Shown here: positions 1-13,800 of the stretch, piece by piece
Position numbering within the stretch: position 1 is the first letter of the stretch
Layout: every line of letters begins with the position of its first letter
Assembly (NCBI GenBank): GCA_951406725.2
Contig: OX597817.1
Location: 57,598,001-57,662,000, forward strand
DNA length: 64,000 nucleotides
Origin: Octopus vulgaris
Lineage: Eukaryota
Direction of reading: 5' to 3'
Translations under genes and position numbers: made by a program
Notes under the pieces: generated by a model
Told to the model about the DNA's origin: nothing
Databases searched by the model: none
The model's input: only the letters and a program-made list of their open reading frames with translations

Positions 1-1249
1 TACACTCTTGTTTACTACACAATACATCATCATCATAGTTTAACGTCCGCTTTCCATGCTAGCGTGGGTTGGACGGTTCGACCAAGGTCTGGGAAGCCAA
101 GAGGCTGCACCAGGCTCCAGTCTGATCTGGCAGTGTTTCTACAGCTAGATGCCCTTCCTGACGCCAACCACTCTGTGAGTGTAGTGGGTGCTTTTTACAT
201 GCCACCGGCACAGGTGCCAGGCAAAGCTGGCAACGGCCACGATTGGTTGGTGCTTTTTACGTGCCACCAGCACGCCCGTGGGTAATCATAGAGTGAATTT
301 TAGGGCTTATAAACCCAACATGTTATCTTTCCTTAATACCGTTTCCCATGTTACATTCATATCTGCACCAGGTCTGCTTAGGAGGTTATGGTGTCCTTGG
401 ATGTTTGTAAGTTCTTCATTCAATTAACACTGACCTAGACTAAAACAACACTCATAAAACAAATTGCACTTAAACTGGGTTGACTTCATCTTGTTTTCTT
501 TTATCGCTCAAGTATTTTTCCAGTGATAAGAAGTGTCTCACACATTCCTCATTCCTCACAGTATCACTGCTTTCATGTATTAAATTAATTTATTGCTGAA
601 TAACAGCATCATTGGTTATAGGTCTCTAGTGGGCCAGTCTTTGGCTGGATGCATTTACGATGGGCAGAATGACAGGGGGACTGTCTGAGTGTCTGTAACT
701 CAATGCAGAACAAATATAACAAGGACTTCATTCAAAAAGCACAGGTTTTTTTACTGCTGTTCTTTTTAGTTTCCTTGCTGATGTTTATATCCTTTAGTAA
801 AACACACACACATACAAACACATATGTACATGCTTGTATGTGTGTGTGGGTGTAAGTGCCTCAGCATAGAAGATTGTCATGTGTATGTCCATGTATCCGT
901 GTGTCCCACATACTACTTGACAACCAGAGTGGGTTTCTTCATATCCTCATAACTTAGCAGTTTGACAAGAGACTGATACAGTAAGTGGCAGACTTAAAAA
1001 AGATAATAATGCCCAGGGGTTGATTTGTTCAACTAAAACCCCCACCAAGGTGGTGCTCCAGAATGGCCACATGCCAATGATTGAAACAAGTAAAAAAAGA
1101 TGGCAGTCCTAGAAAATGGCACAGTCTATCTACTTGTAGCCAAATCTGACACTCCTGCTGTAGAGACAGACAACAGAAAAAAACAAAACATCAACAGTAA
1201 ATTTAAATTCATATATTCTCTCTTATCCACCCCAATATCACATGACTAC

Positions 1250-1607
1250 TGTGGTGGTGATGGTGGCAGTGGTGGTTGTGGAGGTGGTTGTGGAAGTGGT
1301 GGTGATGGCAACAATGGCAGCAGTGCTGGTGGTGGTTGTTGCTGTTGTGGTGGTGGTACTGCTGCTGCTGCTGGTGGCGGTGGCTATTGTGGCAGTGCTG
1401 ATGGCTGTTGTGGTAGTGGTAGTGGTGGAGGTGGTTGTGGTGGAGGTGGTTGTGGTGGCAGAGGTGCTGGCAGTGGAGATGATGGTGGTGTTGGTTGTTG
1501 TGGAGGTGGTGGTGATGGTGGCAGCAGCAGTAGTGGAGGCAGTGGCTGTGGTGGTGCTGGTGGCAGTGGTGGAGGTGGTGGTGGCTGTGGTGGTAGTGAA
1601 GGTGGTG
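1250..1607. repeat. Degenerate (GTG/GGT/GGC)n trinucleotide repeat
   Basis: Low-complexity G-rich triplet tract. Confidence 0.9.
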
Positions 1608-1834
1608 TAATATGTAGGACAGTCAGGGATAAATTAGATTTCTTATAATTTGTTAGTCAGAAAAGGTAGAGGTGTTGTACTGATGACTTTTGCAGGTAAC
1701 TCCAAAGGTGTGTTGGGGGTGGAATTTTTTTTTGGGGGGGAGGGGGGTAAAGTTTGACACTGTAAATAACAGACTATAATGCAATTTTGGAGGCAATGTG
1801 GTAAATTTCAGCAGTGAAGGTCTTGTCATATGGG

Positions 1835-2450
1835 GCTGTGTGTGTGTGTGTTGTGGGAGGGGGGCATGTATGTGAGTGTGTGTATATGTGTGTTTGTGTC
1901 TGTGTGTTTGTATGTGTGTGTTTGTAAGTGTGTGTGTATGCATATGTGTGTTTGTGTGTCTGTTTTTGTGTGTGCGCATGTGTGCACAACTGTACAAGTA
2001 TGTGTGTATTCGTTTATGCATATGCACACAACTATACAAGCTGTATGTGTGTGTGTGCATACATGCACAAATGTACAAGCTGTGTGTGTGTGTGTGTATG
2101 CGCACAACTGTACAAACATGTTTGTGTGTATGTGCACAATTGTACAAGCATGTGTGTGTTTGTGCGTGCATGAGCACAACTGTACAAGCACGTGTGTATG
2201 GAATTGTATCTGAGACTGTATATGTATGAATGTGATTGTATGAGCGTGGATAAGTATGGTAATCATAAAGGAAGGACAAGTACATCCTGTGTATGTGTGT
2301 GAGTGTATGTAATTGTGTATGTGTGGCTGTGTATGTATATATGTGATTATGAATTGTATATTTGTATGCACATGACTGTGTGTGTGTATGCAGTTGCATA
2401 TATCTGGTTGTGTGTATGCATGTGATTACATATATATATATATGTGCATT
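1835..2450. repeat. (TG)-rich tract with an embedded ~33-bp GCACAACTGTACAAG minisatellite
   Basis: About 7 recurrences between 1980 and 2195. Confidence 0.85.
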
Positions 2451-3574
2451 TATCAAATTTTGTATATGTGTTTGAGTGTTTTGTGTGAATATGAGTGCAT
2501 CTGACGAAGCTGACACTATTAATGTTCCATTTAAGCTGCTGCAGATCAACACCTGCAGGAAATACATGAGCAGAGAAGTGGAAATTCTGGAGTGATGATG
2601 TATGTTGTGAGGAAGAAGGATTGGGTAAGTGGTTAGTGTGAAGAAAGGGGTAGGGGCAGTGGATGCAGCAATGGAGATGAAAGGTTTTGAGATGAGATCC
2701 TTGTTGTTATTATGTAATGTAGTGGCTTGTGTGCTTCAATAACCCTGAGGAGCACAAGATCCTGATAAGGCCTCCCATGTTGGACAAGTGAAAGAACAGA
2801 GGCCAAACTGGTATGAACCATCTCTTCCCAGAGATGAAAATAGGTTCACATAGAGCCAACTCCCTTACCTAGAATAAAAAAAATATAATTATTGAAGCAC
2901 TGAGGACAAGCAAAGTGCAACAAAATCTGGGAGAGGAAGGCCTTCCTTCAGGGAAAGATATAACATGGTGTAGTAAAGTTTGATAGAAAGCTGTAAAAAG
3001 GAGCAGAGATCCAATTGGGGAGAAGCAGAAAAGATAGCCCAGGGTCAAGAAGAGAGGAGAAAAGTCATCAATGGCCAATACTCGTTAGGGATTGAAGGAG
3101 TGAAGTAAGACTGGGGGTACCTTATAGGTAAAAGTATGGGACTGACCAGCTTCGAGGGGCAGAAGCTATTACAATAGTAACAGAAAAGGTAGAGAGCGGT
3201 GACAGCATGTGTATAGACTTGAGGCTGGAGTGTGTCTGTTAGAGACAGAGTGCCACTCAGCTGAGTGACCCTTCCCTAGATGTAATTGATTGAGTGTGTA
3301 TGTCTATATCTGACTGTCTGTATGTGTAAGTCTCTAAGTGTGTGTGTGCATGTGTGCGTGTGAACTTGATTGTGCAAGTCAAATTTAGTATTTTCATTCA
3401 GCCCTTGGTTATAATTGATTAATCCAGTTAATGACCTTTCACACTCCAACCATAAGTATCATGTCTCTTCAGAAGGATCTGGTTTAGAAATACATTATCC
3501 AATGTGTCCTTCCTATTTTAAGACGAGGAATTATGATCTGAGTAAGATGGTTGCTATTAGGTTTCTGGTATTGT

Positions 3575-3637
<63 letters not shown>

Positions 3638-5010
3638 TGAGAATATATATATATATTCCAAGAGTGTTAGAGGTTGTGAATCCAACCAACTAAGGGATAA
3701 TGTCTATCCAATATACTGCTGGTAGAAGACCCAATTATTAATACACAAGTGTTTTTTCTTTGCATGTTAATTACACTACTGAATGTAATAAATGGATGAG
3801 GGTAAAAAGTTGTTTTACCCTTAATTTATACAGCAATAAGCAAATGGATGTAGGTATATTGTTATAATTGTTTCTTTTTAAAAAATAAATAAACAGACAT
3901 AATATAATGTCTAAAAGTTGATGAATACCACCTCTTGATCCCCACTATTTTCTTATTGCTGTACATATATACACACACACACACACATCAACATCAGTAT
4001 ATCAAAACCAAATCAAATGGAAATTGTAGTTGTGACCCCCGTGCTGGTAGCACGTAAAATACACTATCCGAACATGGCCGATGCCAGTGCCGCTTTGACT
4101 GGCCTCCGTGCCGGTGGCACATGAAAAGCACCATCTAATTGTGCTAAATGCCAGCTCCTCTGCCCCCTGTGCCGGTAGCAAGTGAAAAGCACCCACTACA
4201 CTCTTGGAGTGGTTGGCATTAGGAAGGACATCCAGTTGTAGAAACACTGCTAGATCAGATTGGGGCCTGGTACGGTCTCCTGGCTTCCCAGACCTCAGTC
4301 AAACATTCCATGCCAGCATGGAAAACGGACGTTAAATGATGATGATGATATATGTGTGTGTGTATGTGTGAGGCGCAATGGCCCAGTGGTTAGGGCAGCG
4401 AACTCACGGTTGTAGGATCGCGGTTTCGATTCCCAGACCGGGCGTTGTGAGTGTTTATTGAGCGAAAACACCTAAAAGCTCCATGAGGCTCCGGCAGGGG
4501 TGGGATCCCTGCTGTACTCTTTCGCCACAACTTTCTCTCACTCTTTCTTCTGTTGGCCTAGCCAGCAGGGTGGCGTCCTTTGAAGGCTAAAACAATGTGA
4601 AGCGCATTGTGACCAGCGTTGTGTAGCAACATCTGATAGCCTGGTCGGTCACAGTGACCATGGTGATATATATATATATATATAGCATCATCATCATTTA
4701 GCATCCACTTTTCCAATGCTGGCATGAACTGGATGGTTTAAAACTGGATGGTCAGCTGGAGAGCTGCCTGGAGGCCATATCTGTTTTGACATGGTTTCTG
4801 CAGCTGGATGCCCTTCCTAATGCCATCCACTTTATAAAGTAGCAGTGGGTGCTTTTTCATAGCACCAGCACAGGTGATCTTACATGGCACTGGCACAGGG
4901 GCATTTTATGTGGTGCCACCACCAACCACAACCTGCATGATTAGGAATGCTCAGCTGAAGAGGGATTTAGGGGACATGTCTGTATGCAAGGGCTTTCACA
5001 TATTTACTTC

Positions 5011-5439
5011 GTAAAGAATGAAAAGTTTTGAATGGTACAACAATGCACTATAATACAAACAATGGGCTATATACCTGTTGGAATTTAGTCATCCGTAGTC
5101 TGATATGATATTTTGGAATAAAATTCCTTCTTCAGATATTCTTAGATGGAGTCGCTGCTATAATCAGTTTTCCAATGGCTTTTCTTTTTTATTATTTTTT
5201 TTTTTTTGAAGCGTCCCAGCAGTGGTCTCACGAAGCTCCTTCTGGAATTCTTCATGAGAAGTGTGTGAGGTTGGCCATGTCTCAATCTTGTGTGTGCTGA
5301 TACATCCATAGTGCTGAGCTAAGAATATCTGAAGAAGGAATTTTATTCTGAAATATCATATCAGACTATGGATGACTAAATTATAACAGGTATATAGCCC
5401 ATTGTTTGTATTATAGTGCATTGTTGTACCATTCAAAAC
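5011..5439. mobile_element. Fold-back (Penelope pLTR-like) element with a decayed hammerhead core in both arms; right arm interrupted by a CR1 LINE
   Basis: Arm 5011-5145 is the reverse complement of 5319-5439 plus 6246-6259; the right arm reads CTGAAGA-A-GGAAT-TTT-ATTCT-GAAA-TATCATA-TC. Confidence 0.65.
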
Positions 5440-6245
5440 ATGGTCTAATGAATGGGATCTGTGTCTGAACGTGTCAAAGTGCTGTCATCTGCCTGTTGGC
5501 TCTACTCCTGCAATTCAACTTGATTTTGAGCCGGGTTGTCTGCTGCTGGAGAGGACCGATCAGGTACAGGACCTGGGTATTTTGTTGGATTCTTCCTTTT
5601 CGCCTTCGGCCCAGTGCATCCATGCTGCCAACAAAGCACGTGGAGTTCTGTTTTTGATTCGACGGTCATTCGGAATGCTCACAGCAGCCATATTCCTACC
5701 GCTCTATGTCACGCTGGTGAGACCCATATTGGTGTACGGGATTCAAGCCTCTTCTCCTTATCTCCTCAAAGACATACATCATCTCAGAAGAGTCCAGAAG
5801 CTGGCTACCCGCATGGTACTTGGTCTCAAGCATTTGTCTTATGAAGAAAGGCTGAAGACGCTCAACCTTTATTCTCTAGAAAAACGACGACGCCATGGTG
5901 ATCTCATTCTTGCTCACAACATCATAAGCGGAAAGTGTAACCTCTCGAAAGAGCTGTTCTTTACTCCTGCTCCAGAACGTCAGCTGCGGGGTCACTCCGA
6001 AAAGCTCTATCTGCGACGATTTCATCTCAATCAAAGGAGAGGGGCTTTCTCCGTCCAGGTTGCGAATCCGTGGAATAAGCTGCCGGACGAGATAGTGAAG
6101 ATGCCGACGACCGCTCGGTTCAAAGTCTCCCTTGACCACAAATGACCTGAACTCTTTGTATGAACACCACCCTGTACATAACTCCATGTCTCTCTACATG
6201 GCCTTGCTTTTTGCTTTTTGAGCCAAAAACTTAACTTAACTTAAC
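5440..6245 (+). mobile_element. 5'-truncated CR1/L2-group LINE (C-terminal RT/thumb region, 3'UTR, (AACTT)n tail)
   Basis: WSNEWDLCLNVSKC...DLGILLD...LYVTLVRPILVYG...RVQKLATRMV...YEERLKTLNLYSLEKRR..GDLI motifs; tandem 5-mer tail. Confidence 0.9.
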
Positions 6246-7589
6246 TTTTTATTCTTTACAAACAATACACAATGCTTCAAGCGAAATACAATACTCTCCT
6301 ATATTTACTTAGCTTGATGTGTCTTCTCAAGCACAGCAAATTGCCAGAAGTCTTAGTCTCCTGGCATACCCTTTGTGAGGCCCAACATATACACACACAC
6401 ACATATATACATATACACACACATACACATGATAGGTAGAGGCATGTCAGTATGATTAAGCAATCTGCTTCCCCCCTATGTGGTTTTGGGTTCAGTCCCT
6501 CTGCATAGCTCCTTGAGAAAGTGTCTAGGGTTGATGAAAGTCTTATGAATAGATCTGGAAGCCAGAAACAGAAGCTCATCATACAAACCATCATCATCAT
6601 CTCTTAACATCTATCTGTGATAGTGGCATGGGTTGGATGTTTTGACAGGATCCGATGAGCCAGAGCATGGTTTGGGTGCCAATGTCTATCTTGGCATGGT
6701 TTCAGTAACTGGATAGCCTTCCTAATGCCAACCCCTTTACAGATTGCATGGAGTGCTTCTTTTGTGGCGCCAGCACCAGTGAGGTTGCCATGTAACTTGC
6801 AAGACTAAATCAAATATTAGGCAGAGTGGGGTTGAAGTAGAGAGAGGCAGCTTTATGAAAAGCTAGAGTATGAAGGAGGGGCCCTGAAACAGGTTTCTTG
6901 CTGAAGGGGAGAGACATCTGCTCATATTATGCACAGTGGGTAGGAGTAGTTGGTGTTGAGCTGGAAAGAGAGACCAAGAAGATATTGATGAGGTGTCAGG
7001 GTGGGATCTGGGGTAGAAGAATAGGAAAGGTTGCTGGGTAGCAGTTAAGAATATACAGAGAGAGTGAGGGGTGGTAAGATGTGGTAGGAATGTAAATATA
7101 CTGAAAGATGAGCAAGAGTTGAGGTGCGTTGTGTGGGGAGGGAGTTAATGATAAATAAGTGTTGGATGGAAGATAAGGAAGATTAGATGATGACTAAAGA
7201 TTGAGAGGAGCTTAGGGGTGAATGCAGTGAATAGTGGAAGGGTAATTGATGATGCGTGAGTTGATGGGGAAAGTTGGAAGAAGTAAGCAGTACAGGGAGG
7301 TGAAGAGTAACAGTATGAAAGAGGGGTGAGGGTGATCAATGTAAAATGTGAGTAGAGAGGTACAACAGAAGGATGGATGTGATGTGAAGAAGTTCCAGTA
7401 GTGAGGAAAATAACTAGTACCAGGGCAGCAGAATACTGCAGTTAGGCAAATGATAGAAAATAAGGGGTGGGGTGAGTGCCTAGGAAATTAAACAAGGGGA
7501 ACAACTGTGCATGTATACATACACACACACACACACGTGTGTGTGTGTGTGTGTCTAGAAACTCAGTTTTACTGAGATGAAAGGATCTT

Positions 7590-8110
7590 CTTGTGCACCC
7601 CATACTGCTAGTCATTCTAGTCTTTTTGCATCCTTTCCATGAGATTCAAAGTCCTAAGATCAACCCCCACCCATTCACCTCATGTCTTCCAGGGTTCCCT
7701 TTTGCACAACTTTCATCTACCTTAGACAATCAACACCTCTTTATACAACTGTCCTCATTAATATGCATCACCTGACCACACTACATCGGATTCCTCTTAT
7801 GTCCAATTTTTTCCTCAACACATTTAGATTTCGTCGTATATGAACACTGACTCTGCACCTCCAATGAAGCATGCTAGCTTCATTATTTTCAAGTCTTCCC
7901 ATGTTCACTGCATTTAGGGCCAACATTTCACTACCATGTAGCATTGCTGTTCATACAGAAACATCATACAATCTGTCTTCAACTCTAAGAGACAGGTGTT
8001 TTATTACCAACAACAGTAACAACTCTCTCAGCTTTTCCCATTCTGTTCTTATTCTAATGACTACACTTCCAGGACATCCCACTCCACTACTAATCACGTC
8101 CCCTACATAT
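7590..8110 (-). mobile_element. Old, degenerate RTE LINE fragment
   Basis: Colinear nucleotide similarity to the RTE copy at 27884-28560, with many substitutions and indels. Confidence 0.6.
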
Positions 8111-8659
8111 CAGAAACTATCTACTACTACCCCTAAGGATCCTCTCAGGCATTCAAGAAAATGTGTTGCATATTGCCCCTGCACCTCTGTCCCGTACAAA
8201 GCCTAATTCCTCACTTAACCTTAATCATCATCATCGTTTAATGTTCGCTTTCCATGCTAGCATGGGTTGGACGATTTTGACTGAGGGCTGGCGAACCAGA
8301 TGGCTGTACCAGGCTCCAATCTTGATTTGGCAGAGTTTCTACAGCTGGATGCCCTTCCTAACACCAACTACTGTGAGAGTGTAGTGGGTTCTCTTTACGT
8401 GCCACCGGCACAGGGGGCCAGTCAAGCAGTACTGGCAATGACCTCACTCGAATCTTTTTACACATGCCACAGGCACAGGTGCCAGTAAGGTGACGTTGGT
8501 AACGATCATGCCCGAATGGTGCCCTTTTACGTGCCACAGGTACAGAAGCCAGTTGGCTGCTCTGGCAACGATCACGCTCGGATCTAATATATACACATAT
8601 GTATGTGTGTACATCTATGAATATATATTGAAGCCACCACCTCTTCATGGTTGATGAAG

Positions 8660-9170
8660 CATTACAAGCACAGGAAGTGAGCCATGGATTGGAACAAGTA
8701 ATAATCTAAGGGAGGTAGAGCCAGACTATATGTCAGGTGTGGCATCAATTCAATTCCCTCAAATTCCTGGCTTTTATCCGGATCGTTCAAACAGTATGAA
8801 GTCTTGCATTGTCTTGCTGGAGAAGAGCTCACTTTCTGTTAACCAATGCCAGGTATAATTCCCTAATTGCAAAGTGTTACCTGGTGTTTGAAATACCCAT
8901 GTTTGGTGATAGGTTCCAGAAGCTGGCCCTTGCTTAAACACGTAAATTGTTTATGCACGTAAAGATTGCAGAAAAATATCTCTCTCAGATTCTTAATTGT
9001 TGCAATGCAAGACCCACTTACTGTGTTCGCAACACTTCATCAACCTAGAAGGGGTGGAAGCTTCAGTGAAGGAGCTCTTCACCACGAAGAACAAGATCTG
9101 GTATCAGTCTAGGATCAAAGAACTGGTTTCAGACGGTGCAACATGATGGGCCCTAATTTGAATGCCAGGC
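8660..9170. mobile_element. Rearranged mariner transposase remnants
   Basis: Minus 8660-8860 reads LLQQDNARLHT...GIELMPHLTYSLALPPLDYYLFQSMAHFL; plus ~9030-9165 reads FINLEGVEASVKELFTTKNKIWYQ...QHDG, a mariner-like C-terminus. Confidence 0.7.
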
Positions 9171-10013
9171 AGCTTTTATTGTAACTCGATGAAAATAAGC
9201 AAATAAGACACCAAAATATTGCAAACCTTATGTCTTGACACAATACAGATGAGTAGGTGTGCATGTGTGTGTATGTGGAAACCAATGAGATGGGCTGTAC
9301 AAGCAATTCAAAGTGACTTGCCACATGCTTTGTCACCCTGAGTTACAGTACCCTAGGGGTCTCAGCGCCTGTAACATACTTAGCCATTTACAACTCATGA
9401 TATATGATGGAAAGATCCCACAATTGCAATCCCTAGATATTGGCAGACGACATCGTTCACCCACACAACCTTCTACCATGACATAGATAAAGAGGTTGAG
9501 AAAAAAGAAGAGGGTGAATGACATTGTTTCCTCATACTGACACACTGCAGACCAATGCCGAAAGAATGCAACCCGCATGGGCAAACTGGTTCTGTGCGAG
9601 GATTAAATTAAGGATCCACGCGTCTGTGGTATATTCGGCCACTTCCACGACAATTCAGTGAGTAAGCAGTTCAGTTAATCGTCAAAACAAGCTGGAATCC
9701 ATTTAATTTCTCTTATACATAAGTATGCGAGAATACAACCAATGTTTTCGTTTGCATTTGTGCTTGTATTTGCGTGTACACGTGTATATCTATGTATGTC
9801 TGTCTGTATGTATATGAATGTGTGACCCGTTCACTCAAACATATGTATGTATACATGGACAGACATATATAAAATATGGGGGTTTAGTTCACTGTAAGAC
9901 TGTGAATCTTTTTTCAAATAATAATAATAATAATATACAGTGCTTAGGTGCACCACAATAATGTATATGCCTTGAGATGCTTGCTTTGCCTTAACGCTTG
10001 TTGTCTCTTTAAC

Positions 10014-10016
<3 letters not shown>

Positions 10017-10098
<82 letters not shown>

Positions 10099-10172
10099 CA
10101 GATAGTATAAGAGGGAGAGTGATCGATCGATAGATAGATAGACAGACAGACAGATAGTATAAGATGGAGAGT

Positions 10173-10246
<74 letters not shown>

Positions 10247-10296
10247 CGGATAGATAGATGGATGAATAGACAGACAGACAGATAGTATAAGATGGT

Positions 10297-10358
<62 letters not shown>

Positions 10359-10365
10359 TAGATAA
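10017..10365. repeat. Compound (GATA)n/(GACA)n microsatellite with three GACAGATAGTATAAGA(T/G)GG interruptions
   Basis: Direct reading. Confidence 0.95.
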
Positions 10366-10979
10366 AGTAGGGTATGACGCATAGTGGAGGTTCATGCATT
10401 TTGAACGAATACGGACGGCGTAAGTTCAACCGAGAATTGATTTCCGAACACGTATCAATAAGATAGCCAAGTAAAACTCTCTGTCGGATCCATTTGCATT
10501 CTCTTTACATTCCGAGTTCAAATCCCACTGATGTCAACTTTACATACTGAGCTCTTTACATTCTGAGTTCAAATCCCAGTGATGTCAACTTTGCTTTTCA
10601 TCATTCCGGTAAACTACTAGACAAGTATTTCAGTAGATTATTCCTACAGAACACATGAGGTGATATATATTAACAGAGTAGAATTAAACAATAAAAACTA
10701 TAGATATCTTGTATGGGGGAATATCTATTTTGCCATGCAAAGTGTATTTGTTTACATGTATGTTTAATGGTGCGTGTAAATGATTTAATATAAGAGCTAA
10801 GGCGGAAATCCTACGCATCATTTGTGCTTGTTTATTTTCATTGTATGTTTGTAGAACGTGACGCAGACGCATAAATGTATACACAGTGAAAAAGAGATCC
10901 ATAAATCTATACATATATGTATATATATAAAGAGAGACACACATATACACAAAGAAAGATATTAGCACAGTTTAAAATA

Positions 10980-11011
<32 letters not shown>

Positions 11012-11302
11012 ATCCACTAAATTATATACTAACAGTGATACGAAAGTCCTCTGCAAGAAGTTGGCCCAAAATTAACGAAATCAGTCGTCAGACCCATCGC
11101 ACTACCTTTTGTCTTCTGTTCTCGTCTCTATTTTCTAATTTTAACAACAGAAACTCTTCCCAAGAATTATGGTGACACCTCCATACATCGTTCCTGCTGA
11201 AGAAATGTCAGGGAATACTCGACACAGACAGTGATATTAAACACGACTGATGCTTAGTAAATAATGGTAAGAAGTATTAATGGAATAAATAAGGGAACTT
11301 AC

Positions 11303-11371
11303 ACGAGTTTGCTGCTTGGTTTAGAGTATTAAACTGATGGTATTTTATCACATGCTTCAGTGTCAATGTCT
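11303..11371 (-). CDS. Candidate 69-nt phase 1-1 exon ((E)TLTLKHVIKYHQFNTLNQAANS) of the putative divergent gene
   Basis: Acceptor tatgtctcttaccag|, donor CGT|gtaagt; length divisible by 3 and open in the phase that joins the 16869-16903 ATG. No homology support. Confidence 0.3.
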
Positions 11372-11728
11372 CTGGTAAGAGACATAAACACCGAACGGGA
11401 GGAATGGTAAACCCAGCGACGGAGCGCCTTCACCTGGCGAATGGGGACATAACTCTTAATGGTGTTTACGAGAGAATTTCACTTGGAAACGCCATCGACG
11501 AGGACAAGAAATCTACCGAAAACGAAGTGATGTGGGGCCTGAACGGCTCCTTCTGTACCACTGCTGCGCGGCATCGAGGCACAGGTGAGGTTGTGTGGTG
11601 AGGAGGACACTTGCTTCCCCCTGCGTGTCACCTGGGTCAGGGGTCTTCCACTGTAGCCTCGAACTAACCAAAGCATTCTGATTGGATTTGTAGGCGGAAA
11701 CTGTGAAGAAACCCGGCTTGTATATATA

Positions 11729-11855
11729 CAGGGTGTCCACAAAGTCTGGGTTCATGGGGATTAACACATACTTTAAGAAATTATTATTTTTTATATTTAA
11801 TTCTTTATGTTATGATTTTATTTACTCCATGTACCCAGACTTTGTGGACACCCTG
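11729..11855. mobile_element. 127-bp Tc1/mariner-type MITE
   Basis: TIR CAGGGTGTCCACAAAGTCTGGG at both ends; TA target duplication. Confidence 0.9.
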
Positions 11856-13800
11856 TATATTAAAGTTTGGTTTTGTGCTAAATTTAAAACAGAGGGCTAC
11901 CTACTTGCAAACAAATGTGGTAACATGTAACATTATTGACGAGGTTACCGTGGTCTTTTCCGTAGGCTTTTCTTTCCACGGTTAAACCTTATCTGCTTTC
12001 CCCTTTACATTTTACATCATGACATTTCTGTGATACATGATCCCTATTGATCGTTTTTTTTTCTTTTTTTCTTTCCTTTTTTTTCTTTCCCTTTTACGAT
12101 CCCTTTTGATCGAAAATCTACCCCACTTTTTTTTTCTCCCCAAAAAGAAAAGCTCTACTTTGTAATCTGTCCCGTCTGTGTGCAGCCCTGTGTGGCTAAT
12201 AAAGAAACATATTATAATGTTTTACATTAATCTGATGGCTGAATCTATACTTTTGTACAGTACAAGTTTATTATTCTTAAACAAGAAAATTAGTGACAGT
12301 GACTTCGAAGTTTCGACTAGTTAAGCCATCGTAGGACCAAATATTTTCAGGTGAAAAATAGAGAAAAAAATAATAATAATAAATTGTGCGATGTCACGTA
12401 CGTCATGGATCCTCTTCAAAACAATTCAACATGCAAGACTGTGTTTTTCTGCTTATCCCCCGACGCTGTTTGACAACTTATGTTAGTTTGCTAAGTTAGC
12501 GGTTCGGGAAAAGAAACGGACAAAATAAGTACCCGTGAAGGCAGTGCCCTAACATGGGTGCAGTCAGGGCCGGCTCAAGGTACCGGCAACTATGGCAATC
12601 ACCAGGTGGTGGTGGGGGGGGGGCAAGGCAGACGTGACAAAGACGAGGAAATGTCCACGACCGTCTGCTTGTTCGGGGCGCCAGCAACCCTAGGGCTGAA
12701 ACAAATAAAGGGGGAAAAAATAAAACAATTTACAAGAAATTTATTGATTCATTTTTCACAGTAAAGTTTAAGGCTTCAAGGCGATAAGATCGCCAAGTTG
12801 AACTATCCTGACAAATATTAAACAAAAAAACTTTTCAACCTGTCTTTTGTTGAATTTTTTTGAGGAGGATTCAAAAAGCGTGACGTACATGACATCGTAC
12901 AAAACTTTTTTTTACTTGATAATAATAACAGATAAATGCTTTGAATTTTTTCTTAGCATAAAAACTCTCGTGGTGTTTATTTACATCGATTTTAAAATTT
13001 CAAAAAAAATGCGAATGAATTTGCTGGACAACGAACACTGTCAGTGGTTACAATTCTCATCTACCTGGTGTGACGTACGTGACAAAAAAGTTTTATGTTA
13101 AAGACAACGCCGGGCAGACCTGGAAGAAATTGATGCAATATCGACATCGAACCATTTCAGCACAGCTCACAGCGATCTTTCTGGCTATTCAAAAAATTCT
13201 CGAAAACCTACTTTAGTGTAACCTTCATGAGATGGCCCATAAATAAAATTATGTCTATTTAATAAGAAGAAGCGTTAGAAAACTAGTTAGAAATAATAAA
13301 ATTGTGATGTGGAAGATCGTATTAGGCGAATTTTAATATTATTTTAATTCATTTTGAAAATTACGTGAAAAAAAAAAAAAGAAATTCTGTTCCGTTATAT
13401 CAGGACTTCATAAGCGAAGCATATCCAGCACCTTAGTTATCGATGTAGAAAGGAAAGGATCATTATGATGTTAAATCTAGAAGATTCCATACATGTTGGC
13501 AAAAAAAATTATTGCTCAGAAAATAAATAATTTATTGAACATGAAAAACAATTTTGTTGTGTCCACTTAATATATTAGCGTCGTGGCATATAGGTTTACA
13601 ACGGGAAAATGACTGGCTCGCTGTATGAATTTATTGTTGGTATATTTAATGCGGAGATTATTAAAAAATAAAAGAGGGAAAGGATCAATATTTAACATGA
13701 ATAATCATTGATTAAATATTTCTTTATTTCAGCCGAGTACGGGGAGACAACTCCAGTCACATTTTGGTCTCGGCATTAAGTTCTAAGTTGCCACGAGTAA

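Noticed and set aside
1100-1648. Gly/Cys-rich 182-aa ORF and overlapping Val-rich ORF
   Set aside because: Both are translations of a degenerate (GTG)n triplet repeat, with no splice or homology support.
1653-2567. 304-aa His/Thr-rich ORF and similar ORFs at 9831-10429, 47651-48057, 53262-53664 and 54770-55183
   Set aside because: Microsatellite-derived stop-free frames from (CA), (GATA), (TA) and (CATA) repeats.
4371-4445. tRNA-like sequence (also 35164-35235 and 20882-20955)
   Set aside because: A/B-box heads continue into SINE bodies and do not give a convincing cloverleaf with acceptor stem.
11361-11584. Plus-strand exon-like ORF (..MVNPATERLHLANGDITLNG..) with ag/gt boundaries
   Set aside because: The donor coincides with the head of a degenerate SINE, the neighbouring plus-strand candidate (11151-11266) is closed in all frames, and no family was recognised. 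Not excluded as a non-coding exon.
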